Source: Chthoniobacteraceae bacterium
GTDB lineage: Bacteria > Verrucomicrobiota > Verrucomicrobiia > Chthoniobacterales > Chthoniobacteraceae
Assembly (NCBI GenBank): GCA_040081625.1
Contig: JBEBGD010000125.1
Coordinates: 1 to 15,086, forward strand
Direction of reading: 5' to 3'
DNA length: 15,086 nt
Shown piece after piece: positions 1 to 7,565 of the stretch (position 1 is the stretch's first letter; each line of letters begins with the position of its first letter). The position numbers and the translations under genes are program-made. The notes beneath the pieces were generated by a model that was not told where the DNA came from, searched no databases, and worked only from the letters and a program-made list of their open reading frames with translations.

Positions 1-2
1 TC

Positions 3-860
3 ACGATCCTCGGCCCCGGCTTGCTCGGCGGCTCGCTCGCCCTCGCGCTCAAGGCGCGCACCGATGCACACGTCACGGTGTGGGCGCGCCGCGCCGGGTC
101 CGCCGCCGACGCGCGGCGCTGCGCGGACGCGACGACGTGCGACCTCGCTGAATCGGTGAAGGATACCGGCGTCGTCGTCTTCGCCACGCCAGTCGGCGCG
201 ATGGGTCCGCTCGCCCGCGCGATCGCGCCCGCACTCCAGCCCGGCGCACTCGTGATGGATGTCGGCAGCGTGAAAGCGTGCGTCGTCTCCGAGCTCGCGC
301 CCGTCTTCGCGGGCCGCGCACGCTTCATCGGCTGCCACCCGATGGCCGGCTCCGAGCAGACCGGGCTCGCCGCCGCGCGCGCCGATCTTTTCGACGGCGC
401 GATGTGCATCCTCACCCCCGACGCGGACACGCCACGCGACACGACCGCCGATGCGGATGCATTCTGGCGCAGCGTCGGCTGCCTCACCCGCACACTCGCG
501 CCCGACGAGCACGACCGCGCCGTCGCGTGGATCAGCCACCTCCCGCACCTCGTCGCCGCCGCGCTCGTCCAGGCCGTCGCCGATCACGAGCCGGGCGCGT
601 TCGATTTCTGCGGCCCCGGCTTCCGCGACACCACGCGTGTCGCCAGCGGCCCGCCGGAGATGTGGACGGAGATTCTCGGCCAAAACAACGCTGCGGTCCG
701 CGACGCGGTGGACGGATTGATTGAAAAACTCCGCGCCCTCTCCACACTGCTCGCCAGCGCTCCCCCGGCGGAGCGCGACGCATCGATGCACCGACTCCTC
801 AACCAAGCCAAAGCCCAGCGCGACCGACTGCGGCTGCCCCGAACTTCCTCCGATGCCTGA
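3..860 (+). CDS. tyrA: Prephenate/arogenate dehydrogenase (TyrA family), 5'-truncated by the window edge
   Basis: The frame is open from position 3 (TILGPGLLGGS, a Rossmann GxGxxG motif), so the listed TTG start at 21 is internal. Conserved DVGSVK, HPMAGSE, HDRAVAWISHLPHL and GPGFRDTTRVA motifs; lies upstream of aroA. Confidence 0.93.
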   Translation, partial: TILGPGLLGGSLALALKARTDAHVTVWARRAGSAADARRCADATTCDLAESVKDTGVVVFATPVGAMGPLARAIAPALQPGALVMDVGSVKACVVSELAPVFAGRARFIGCHPMAGSEQTGLAAARADLFDGAMCILTPDADTPRDTTADADAFWRSVGCLTRTLAPDEHDRAVAWISHLPHLVAAALVQAVADHEPGAFDFCGPGFRDTTRVASGPPEMWTEILGQNNAAVRDAVDGLIEKLRALSTLLASAPPAERDASMHRLLNQAKAQRDRLRLPRTSSDA

Positions 861-2184
861 CTGGAAAATCCACCGCGCTCCGCCCATCCGGACCGAGTTG
901 ACCGTGCCCGGCGACAAAAGCATCTCGCATCGCGCGGTGATCCTCGCGGCGATGAGCAACGGCCCGTGCGTGATCCGCGGCTTCCTCACGAGCGAAGACT
1001 GCCTTTGCACCGCCGCCGCCATGCGCGCGCTCGGCGTGAAGATCGAGAATCCCGAGCCCGACACGCTCATCGTCCACGGCACGCGGCGGAAATTCACCGC
1101 GCCCGAGCACGACATCGACTGCGGCAACTCCGGCACCACGATGCGTCTGCTCGCCGGCCTGCTCGCCGGCCAGCCGTTTCGCACGCGGCTCTTCGGCGAC
1201 GCCTCGCTGAACAAGCGACCGATGAAGCGCGTGATCGAGCCGCTCACGCAGATGGGCGCGAGCATCCGCGCCGAGGGCGCGAACGACCGGCCGCCACTCG
1301 TCATCGAAGGTGGCCCGCTCAAGCCCATCCACTACTACTCGCCCGTCGCCAGCGCGCAGGTGAAGAGCGCCGTGCTTCTCGCCGGCATGTTTGCCAGCGG
1401 CAAGACCGTCGTCACCGAGCCGAGCCAGAGCCGCAATCACACCGAGCGGATGCTCGAATACTTCCTCGTCCGCCCGGTGAAGGAAGACCTCACCGTGAGC
1501 CTTTACGGCGGGCAGACGCCTGAATCGCGCGACTTCACCGTGCCAGGCGACATCTCGAGCGCCGCGTTCTGGCTCGTCGCCGCCGCTGCGCAGCCCGGCG
1601 CGCACCTGCTCGTCCGCAATGTCGGCCTCAACGAAACGCGCACCGGCATCCTCGGCGTGCTCGTGCGCATGGGCGCGGGCGTCCGCGAGATCCACGAGAG
1701 CGACACCGCGGAGCCGATGGGCACCGTCGAAATCCGCGGCGACCGCCTCAAGGGCACCGTCATCGCCGGCAAGGAAATCGCCAACGTCATCGACGAACTC
1801 CCGATCATCGCCGTCGCCGCAGCGCTCGCGCATGGCAAGACTGTGATCGCCGACGCCGGCGAACTGCGCGTGAAGGAAAGCGACCGGCTCGCCGCCATCG
1901 CGACGAACCTCCGCTCAATGGGCGCGCAAGTTTCCGAGACGGAAGACGGCCTCGAGATCATGGGCGGCGCACCGCTCCACGGCGCCCGATTGCAGAGCGG
2001 CGGCGATCACCGCATCGCCATGGCCTTCGCGATCGCCGGACTTTTTGCCGAGGGCGAAACGATCATCGAAGACACCGACTGCGTCGCGACGAGCTACCCC
2101 GGCTTTGCCGACACACTCGAGAAGATCATGAAGGAAGCGAAGTCGCCGCACGTCCCCGTGATCACCACGCTGCCGGCGTCGTGA
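853..2184 (+). CDS. aroA: 3-phosphoshikimate 1-carboxyvinyltransferase (EPSP synthase, class II signatures), 443 aa
   Basis: Motifs VPGDKSISHR, DCGNSGTTMRL, SAQVKS, RNHTE, NETR, ELRVKESDR, DHRIAM and SYPGF. ATG at 853 overlaps the tyrA stop (ATGCCTGA); the listed start at 721 is an Arg/Pro/Ser-rich non-homologous extension. Confidence 0.97.
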   Translation: MPDWKIHRAPPIRTELTVPGDKSISHRAVILAAMSNGPCVIRGFLTSEDCLCTAAAMRALGVKIENPEPDTLIVHGTRRKFTAPEHDIDCGNSGTTMRLLAGLLAGQPFRTRLFGDASLNKRPMKRVIEPLTQMGASIRAEGANDRPPLVIEGGPLKPIHYYSPVASAQVKSAVLLAGMFASGKTVVTEPSQSRNHTERMLEYFLVRPVKEDLTVSLYGGQTPESRDFTVPGDISSAAFWLVAAAAQPGAHLLVRNVGLNETRTGILGVLVRMGAGVREIHESDTAEPMGTVEIRGDRLKGTVIAGKEIANVIDELPIIAVAAALAHGKTVIADAGELRVKESDRLAAIATNLRSMGAQVSETEDGLEIMGGAPLHGARLQSGGDHRIAMAFAIAGLFAEGETIIEDTDCVATSYPGFADTLEKIMKEAKSPHVPVITTLPAS

Positions 2185-2837
2185 GCCACGTCGTCATCGC
2201 CATCGACGGCCCGGCGGCCAGCGGCAAGAGCAGCGTCGCCCGCCAGCTCGCGCGCAAGCTCGGCTACGTCTATGTGAACACCGGCGCCATGTATCGCGCG
2301 ATCACGTGGTGGGCCGTCTCGCACGACGTGCCGGTCGAGGACGCCGTGCGCGTGCAACAGCTCATGCACTTCACCAAACTCGAGTGCGGCCTCGCCGGCG
2401 GAGAATCCACGCTGCGACTCGACGACACGGACCCGACGCCGCACCTCGTGGACGAAGCCGTCAACGCCAACGTCTCCGCCATCGCCAGCCTGCCCGAAGT
2501 GCGCCGCCTGCTCGTCGCAAAACAGCGCGCCTACGCCGACGCGAACGACCTCGTGATGGAAGGCCGCGACATCGGCAGCGTCGTCTTCCCCAACACGCCC
2601 TACAAATTCTACGTCGATGCCAGCATCGAAGTCCGCGCCCTGCGCCGCGCGCGGCAGGGCCACGCCGACTCGATCAGCGCGCGCGACAAGTTCGACTCCT
2701 CGCGCCGCACCAGCCCGCTCATCATCGCCGAGGACGCGCACGTCATCGACAGCTCGAACCTCACCGTCGATGGCGTCGTCGGCGAGATCATCGGCCGGCT
2801 GAAGATCAAGGGCCTGCTCGCGCCGGAGTTCTTGTGA
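2181..2837 (+). CDS. cmk: Cytidylate kinase
   Basis: P-loop IAIDGPAASGKS, TGAMYRA, MEGRDIGSVVFP and SPL motifs; GTG start overlaps the aroA stop (GTGA). Confidence 0.96.
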   Translation: MSHVVIAIDGPAASGKSSVARQLARKLGYVYVNTGAMYRAITWWAVSHDVPVEDAVRVQQLMHFTKLECGLAGGESTLRLDDTDPTPHLVDEAVNANVSAIASLPEVRRLLVAKQRAYADANDLVMEGRDIGSVVFPNTPYKFYVDASIEVRALRRARQGHADSISARDKFDSSRRTSPLIIAEDAHVIDSSNLTVDGVVGEIIGRLKIKGLLAPEFL

Positions 2838-2850
2838 GCGGCGCGTAACG

Positions 2851-3471
2851 ATGGGCCTCACCTACACCGTCTGCTCCGCCATTTCCGTCGTCGTCCTCAA
2901 GACGCTCTTTCGCTTCCGCGCCTACGGCTCCGACAACATCCCGCGCGAAGGCGGCTGCATTCTCGCGATGAACCACGAGAGCTACCTCGATCCCCCGCTC
3001 GCCGGCATCGCTGCGCCGCGCGAAATCTTCTACCTCGCGCGCAAGACCCTCCTCGACTGGCCCATCATCGGCCCGCTGCTGCCGAGGCTGAACGTCATCC
3101 CCGTCGATCAAGACCGCGCCGACATGAGCGCGCTCAAGACCGTCATCAAGCGCGTCCGCGCCGGCGAGTGCACCGTCATCTTCCCCGAGGGTTCGCGCAC
3201 GCTCGACGGCGATTTTCTCCCCGCTCTGCCCGGCCTCGGCCTGGTCATGGCCAAGACCCGCTGCACCGTCGTCCCCGCGCGCGTCTTCGGCGCCCGCGCC
3301 GCCTTCCCGCGCGGGGGAAGACCACATCTCTTCCGCCGCATCACGCTGGCCATCGAGGCGCCGATGCAGTTCACCGACGCCGACTACGAAGGCGAAGGCC
3401 GCGAGCTCTACCAGCGCCTGAGCGAGCGCGTGCTGGGGCGGATCGCGGAGATCAAGAACCCTCGGGATTAG
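2851..3471 (+). CDS. plsC: 1-acyl-sn-glycerol-3-phosphate acyltransferase (PlsC / lysophospholipid acyltransferase family)
   Basis: Catalytic NHxxxxD motif (NHESYLD) and IFPEGSR motif; usual position after cmk. Confidence 0.9.
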   Translation: MGLTYTVCSAISVVVLKTLFRFRAYGSDNIPREGGCILAMNHESYLDPPLAGIAAPREIFYLARKTLLDWPIIGPLLPRLNVIPVDQDRADMSALKTVIKRVRAGECTVIFPEGSRTLDGDFLPALPGLGLVMAKTRCTVVPARVFGARAAFPRGGRPHLFRRITLAIEAPMQFTDADYEGEGRELYQRLSERVLGRIAEIKNPRD

Positions 3472-4862
3472 CAGAGAGTTTCGTCCACGGCCGCCACGTA
3501 GGTGTCGAACGGGTCGGGCATGGGCAGGTGCGCGCTGTTTTCGATCGAGATGGAATCCCAGTTGATCACGTAAGGCTCGCGGCCGCCCATGAAGCGGGCG
3601 ACGGCGTGGCCGCGGCCTCGGGCGCGCGTGTCGGCGGGCGGGTGGCGCGTGGCTTCTTCACGGCGCGCGAGGTCGTTGAATTCGCCGATCGCCTTCGCGG
3701 GAGTGACGCCGAAAAAGAGGCCCTTCGCGGGATCGATGTTGTGGTATTCGAGGTCGAGGCTTTGCAGCCACGGGTCGTTCCACTCGAGATTCTCCGACTC
3801 GCGGAATTGCTCGAGCATCCACTTTTTGCTGATCCAATCGACGCCGCCGATGAGCAGCTCCGGCTTGGTCGAGAGCGCTTCGAGCGTGAAGCGCCAGCTT
3901 TCCAAGATCCAATCGGTCTCTTCGTCCTTGCCGCGCATGTGGCGCTCGGCGTGGGTGAGGAAGTCGTGCTGGATGTCGAGCGCGCCGCGCGTGGAGCCGT
4001 CGTCGAGCATCACGGCGCCGCGACCGGTTCCGTCGTGGCTGATCTGCCGCGTGGCGAGCACGGCGTCGCGCAGGATCACGCCGTCGGGCATGTGCCCCTC
4101 CTCGATGAGCGTGAGGATGAGCGCGGTGGTGCCGAGCTTCAGCGCGCTCGCGAAGGGGCTCATATTCGAGTCGCCGATGAGCAGGTGCAGGCGGCGATAT
4201 TTGCGGTAGTCGGCCAGCGGCTCGTCGCGCGCGTTGATGATGGCGCGGTTGAATTGCACCCACTGGTAGATGTCGTTGACGATGTGATCGGCGCGCTGGC
4301 TGATCTGAAAATCGACCGGCTCGCTGCCGCGCGGCGGATCGAAGTCGAACGCGAGCGGACTCGCCTGCCCGACGCGGCCGGCGCCGGTGAAAATCTGCCG
4401 CGTCGCGAGGAAGCTGAGCAGCGTGCCGAGTAGCGCGGGATGAAACTGCACGTCGCGCCGCATGAGATAATTCTCGTGGCAGCCGAAGGTCGCGCCGGTG
4501 TGGTGATCGACGTTGTTCTTGATGAAGGCGACGGAATCCGCCGCCTCCATCTCGTGCAGCGCGGCCTGGAGCAGGATGTCGCCGGCGATCTCGAAGGACA
4601 CGGCGTCGCGCACCGTGCGGCACTCGGGCGTCGAGTATTCGAGGTGGCCCATGTCCATGTAGAGCCGGCCGCCATTGAGCAGGAAGCCGCCATTGCCCGG
4701 CGGCTCCTCGTAGTCGCGATAGTGCAGGTCGATCGCTCCCGCCTTCATCCGCTTGAAGACGTGGTTCTTCACGCGGCCCGGCCACGCGTCGATGTTGCCG
4801 CCCGCCTGCTCGCCACTGACAAGGCACCCGTATTCGATTTCGACGCCGACGATACGGTTCAT
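3468..4862 (-). CDS. pafA: Pup/UBact-protein ligase, PafA type (glutamine-synthetase-fold carboxylate-amine ligase), 464 aa
   Basis: Motifs RIVGVEIEYG, NGGRLYMDMGHLEYSTPEC, KNN, GCHENY, RQIFTGAGRVG, ISQRADHI, INARDEPLAD, YRRLHLLIGDSNMS, DWISKK, LDLEYHNI and C-terminal W...DPF. GCHENY and GDSNM favour PafA over Dop. Confidence 0.88.
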   Translation of the reverse strand: MNRIVGVEIEYGCLVSGEQAGGNIDAWPGRVKNHVFKRMKAGAIDLHYRDYEEPPGNGGFLLNGGRLYMDMGHLEYSTPECRTVRDAVSFEIAGDILLQAALHEMEAADSVAFIKNNVDHHTGATFGCHENYLMRRDVQFHPALLGTLLSFLATRQIFTGAGRVGQASPLAFDFDPPRGSEPVDFQISQRADHIVNDIYQWVQFNRAIINARDEPLADYRKYRRLHLLIGDSNMSPFASALKLGTTALILTLIEEGHMPDGVILRDAVLATRQISHDGTGRGAVMLDDGSTRGALDIQHDFLTHAERHMRGKDEETDWILESWRFTLEALSTKPELLIGGVDWISKKWMLEQFRESENLEWNDPWLQSLDLEYHNIDPAKGLFFGVTPAKAIGEFNDLARREEATRHPPADTRARGRGHAVARFMGGREPYVINWDSISIENSAHLPMPDPFDTYVAAVDETLC

Positions 4863-4878
4863 GCGGCGCCCATCCGGC

Positions 4879-5583
4879 TCAGTCCTCCCAATAAAGCATC
4901 CGCCCGCATTGCTCGCAGTGGACGACTGATTTTCGCGTGCGGCATTGCGAACTGGTCGTCGGCGTGACCTTCATGTGGCAGCCGGAGCAAATGCCGAGAT
5001 GCAGGCTGACGACGGCTTCGCCGTTCTTGGTGCGGAGCAGGTGCTCGTAATTATCCAGGACATCCTCTTCGATCTCCGCCGCGAGTTTCGCGCGCTCGAC
5101 CTCGCCTGCGGCGATCTGCTCGCCGAGCGTTACGATTTTCGTGTCGAGGTCCGCGGTCTGCCGCGTGGCCTGCGCCTTCGTCGCGGTGAAAATCCTGTCC
5201 GCTTCCGCGATCACGGCCTTCTGCTTCTCAGCCGCGTCCATGAGTTCGAGTTCGCGGTCCTCGATCGCCTGCACGTCCTTCTCGGCGCGTGCGATCTCGT
5301 GGTTGATCGCGGAGAATTCCTCGTTCTTCCGTGTCTCGAATTTCTGCACCTGATACTTCGCGATCCGTTCGCGCACGGACTGCGCCTCGGTCTCGAGTTT
5401 CTTGCGCTCGACCTCGATCTCCTTGGACTTGAGCTTCACCGCTTCGAGCTGCTTTTGCGCGGCGGCGAGTTTATCGGCGAAGGCCTGCTTTTCGAGCGGG
5501 GCGTTTTTGTGTTCAAGACGCAGCGTCCGCAGCTTGCGGTCGCGGTCCTGGATGATGAGCAGTCTTTCGATCTCCGGAGGCAT
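4879..5583 (-). CDS. Coiled-coil protein with C-terminal C4 zinc ribbon (DUF164 / CT398-HP0958-like)
   Basis: N-terminal LLIIQDRD, about 180 residues of E/K/A-rich coiled coil with 'EFSAINHEI', and C-terminal CSGC...CEQCGRMLY. Confidence 0.9.
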   Translation of the reverse strand: MPPEIERLLIIQDRDRKLRTLRLEHKNAPLEKQAFADKLAAAQKQLEAVKLKSKEIEVERKKLETEAQSVRERIAKYQVQKFETRKNEEFSAINHEIARAEKDVQAIEDRELELMDAAEKQKAVIAEADRIFTATKAQATRQTADLDTKIVTLGEQIAAGEVERAKLAAEIEEDVLDNYEHLLRTKNGEAVVSLHLGICSGCHMKVTPTTSSQCRTRKSVVHCEQCGRMLYWED

Positions 5584-5612
5584 TGGACCGCAATGGAGCG
5601 GAGCCGCCGCTG

Positions 5613-6470
5613 CTAGTAAAGCATCGCCTCTTCGGGAGGCTCAGTTTTCTCGACCTTCTCCGCCTTGAGCACCGAGATGCGGCGGCCGTTCTCGAGCGGG
5701 AACTCCGCGGTGCCCGAGATCTTCAGCCACGTCATCTCGGGGAAGTCGGGCATCTTCTCCATCTCCACGAGCGTCGCGACGGGACGCGAATCCGCCGCGC
5801 AGCAATACATGAACATGCGCACGGCCTTGAACCGATTCGTCTGGTTCGCGCTCGTCTTGTCGGGCATGAACTGGCCGATGAGTTGCACGGGCTTCCCCTC
5901 GAAATCCTTGCGCAGCACATTGTCCTGCGCGGCGTAGAGCAGGTCGAGCACCTCGGCGACGATGCGCCCGTCGGGCAGCCGCTGGAGGTAATCGCCAGGC
6001 GACGGTTCGACGACGGGCGCGGGCGTCGCGGCGGCGGCTGGCGCGGACGAGTCCTTCACCGGCAGCGTGAGGACCGGCGGCGGCCCGATCTTGCGGTCCT
6101 TGATGCCGAGCGACGCGTAGTCGTCGGTGATGCCGCGATTTTTCACCGCCGTGGCGCTGAAGCCCTGCGGCGAGTAATACGCGGCTACGGTCAGCGGCAC
6201 GATCAGGATGAGAAAGGTGAAGATGCGACCGGTGGCGAAGCGCGAGATCGAGTGGCCGCACTCGGCCGACGAGCAGCAGCTCGCGTCCGCCTGGAAAAAC
6301 AGGAAGACCAGCGAAAGCCCGCCAAGCACGATGCCGGCGAGCAGCGCGTAGATACGGAACTGCGGCGCGACGAGACTGTTGATGCGACTGCTCGTGTAGA
6401 AATACAGCAGCACGGTGCTCCACGCGGCGAGGGTCGCGCACGGGAGCCAGCGGTTGAAGATCATGTTCAT
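5613..6470 (-). CDS. YcgQ/DUF1980 (TIGR03943-like) membrane protein, partner of the adjacent permease
   Basis: Three N-terminal hydrophobic segments and a soluble C-terminal domain with 'GKPVQLIG', 'RMFMYCCAAD' and 'WLKISG'; directly downstream of a DUF318 permease. Confidence 0.82.
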   Translation of the reverse strand: MNMIFNRWLPCATLAAWSTVLLYFYTSSRINSLVAPQFRIYALLAGIVLGGLSLVFLFFQADASCCSSAECGHSISRFATGRIFTFLILIVPLTVAAYYSPQGFSATAVKNRGITDDYASLGIKDRKIGPPPVLTLPVKDSSAPAAAATPAPVVEPSPGDYLQRLPDGRIVAEVLDLLYAAQDNVLRKDFEGKPVQLIGQFMPDKTSANQTNRFKAVRMFMYCCAADSRPVATLVEMEKMPDFPEMTWLKISGTAEFPLENGRRISVLKAEKVEKTEPPEEAMLY

Positions 6471-6480
6471 GGCGGTGGTC

Positions 6481-6508
6481 AGTTTAGGAAGACTGCGAGG
6501 GATTGCAC
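6481..6508 (-). promoter_or_regulatory. Possible internal sigma70-type promoter for the YcgQ-like gene
   Basis: The minus strand reads GTGCAA-N16-TAAACT, 10 nt before the ATG at 6470, in the 39-nt gap between the two permease genes. Confidence 0.35.
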
Positions 6509-6509
6509 G

Positions 6510-7469
6510 TCATTGAAAAATCTCGGTCGGCAGGCGCCAGCAGAGCAGGAAGATGACGACGAACAGGCCGAGCCCGAGCAGGATGACGAAGCGGCGGCGG
6601 AAGATGACGCCGTAGAGGAAGAACAGCTTGATATCGAAGAGCGGACCGAAAAGCAGGAAGGCCAGCTTCGCCTGCGGGGCGAACGCGGTGAACGTCCACG
6701 CGATGAATGCGTCGGTGGTGCTGCACAGCGCGAGCAGCGCGGCCAGCCCCATGAGCGACGCGATGGCCAGCGGCGTCGAGCTTGCCAGCGGCGTGAGCGC
6801 TTCGTGCGAGATCGCGGTGTTGAAGACGCTCGTGATCCCGACGCCGATGACGAAGAAAAACGTCACGTCGAGGAAGTCGGCCGTGGCGCTCTGCGCGGCG
6901 AGCAGCAGCTTGCGCGGCCGGCTCGCCGACGCCACGACCGCGCTGAAATCCTGCGCTTCACCGGTGGGCGCGGCGGCCTTCGTCAGCCCGCTGCGCCGCC
7001 GGGCCGTCGCGGTCTGCGGCTGGAGGATGCTCTCCGCCGAGAGCCGATGCACGATGAATGCGACGCCCACCGCGATCGCGTAGCCGATGCCGAGGCGCAG
7101 CAAGGTCCACGTGAGCGGGCCAGCTTGCGAAAACGCGCTCCACGTCGAGACAGCCACGATCGGGCTCACGATCGGCGCGCCGAGCATGTAGGCCGTGGCG
7201 CTCGAGAGCGGCAGGCCCTTGCGGATGAAGCGCCGGACCACGATCACGCTGCCGCATTCGCACATCGGGAAGATCAGCCCGAGCATGCCACTGAGCAGCA
7301 CGGCGGCGAAGGGGTTTCGCGGCAGCATCTTCGCGAGGCGCTCGCTGGAGACATACACATCGACCAGGCCGGAGATGAGCGCGCCGAGGAGCAGGAACGG
7401 AATGCCCTCGATGAGCACGCTGAGGAAGGCGAGCGAGAAGTCGGAAAAGGAAAACGTGAACCAGTCCAT
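6510..7469 (-). CDS. Putative permease, YcgR/DUF318 (ArsP_1-like) family
   Basis: About eight hydrophobic segments, with family motifs FLSVLIEGIPFLLLG, FPMCECG, YMLGAPIVSP, LCSTTDAF and FGPLFDIK. Confidence 0.87.
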   Translation of the reverse strand: MDWFTFSFSDFSLAFLSVLIEGIPFLLLGALISGLVDVYVSSERLAKMLPRNPFAAVLLSGMLGLIFPMCECGSVIVVRRFIRKGLPLSSATAYMLGAPIVSPIVAVSTWSAFSQAGPLTWTLLRLGIGYAIAVGVAFIVHRLSAESILQPQTATARRRSGLTKAAAPTGEAQDFSAVVASASRPRKLLLAAQSATADFLDVTFFFVIGVGITSVFNTAISHEALTPLASSTPLAIASLMGLAALLALCSTTDAFIAWTFTAFAPQAKLAFLLFGPLFDIKLFFLYGVIFRRRFVILLGLGLFVVIFLLCWRLPTEIFQ

Positions 7470-7531
7470 TCGGTGATGAGCGCTAGACCCGCGGGGAGGC
7501 GTGACGATTAGGAGAAGACATCGGGGCGCGC

Positions 7532-7560
7532 AGCGTGGAGGCGCGCAGCCGCAAACGCAA
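7532..7560 (-). promoter_or_regulatory. Possible promoter upstream of the permease pair
   Basis: The minus strand reads TTGCGT-N17-CACGCT in the 7470-7565 intergenic region. Confidence 0.3.
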
Positions 7561-7565
7561 GGCCA

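Noticed and set aside
3168..4433. 421-aa + strand ORF and other ORFs overlapping pafA
   Set aside because: Shadow frames of plsC and pafA with low-complexity composition.
3468..4862. Alternative call as Dop (depupylase/deamidase)
   Set aside because: GCHENY and GDSNM, and the lack of a long Dop loop, fit PafA better. Not fully excluded without a phylogeny.
4863..4878. Small Pup/UBact ORF or rnpB RNA next to pafA/DUF164
   Set aside because: There are only 16 nt of intergenic space, and no adjacent listed ORF ends in GGE/GGQ/TGE.
5583..7511. 642-aa + strand ORF
   Set aside because: Arg/Gly/Ala-rich antisense shadow of the YcgQ/YcgR-type genes with no recognisable motifs; typical of GC-rich DNA.
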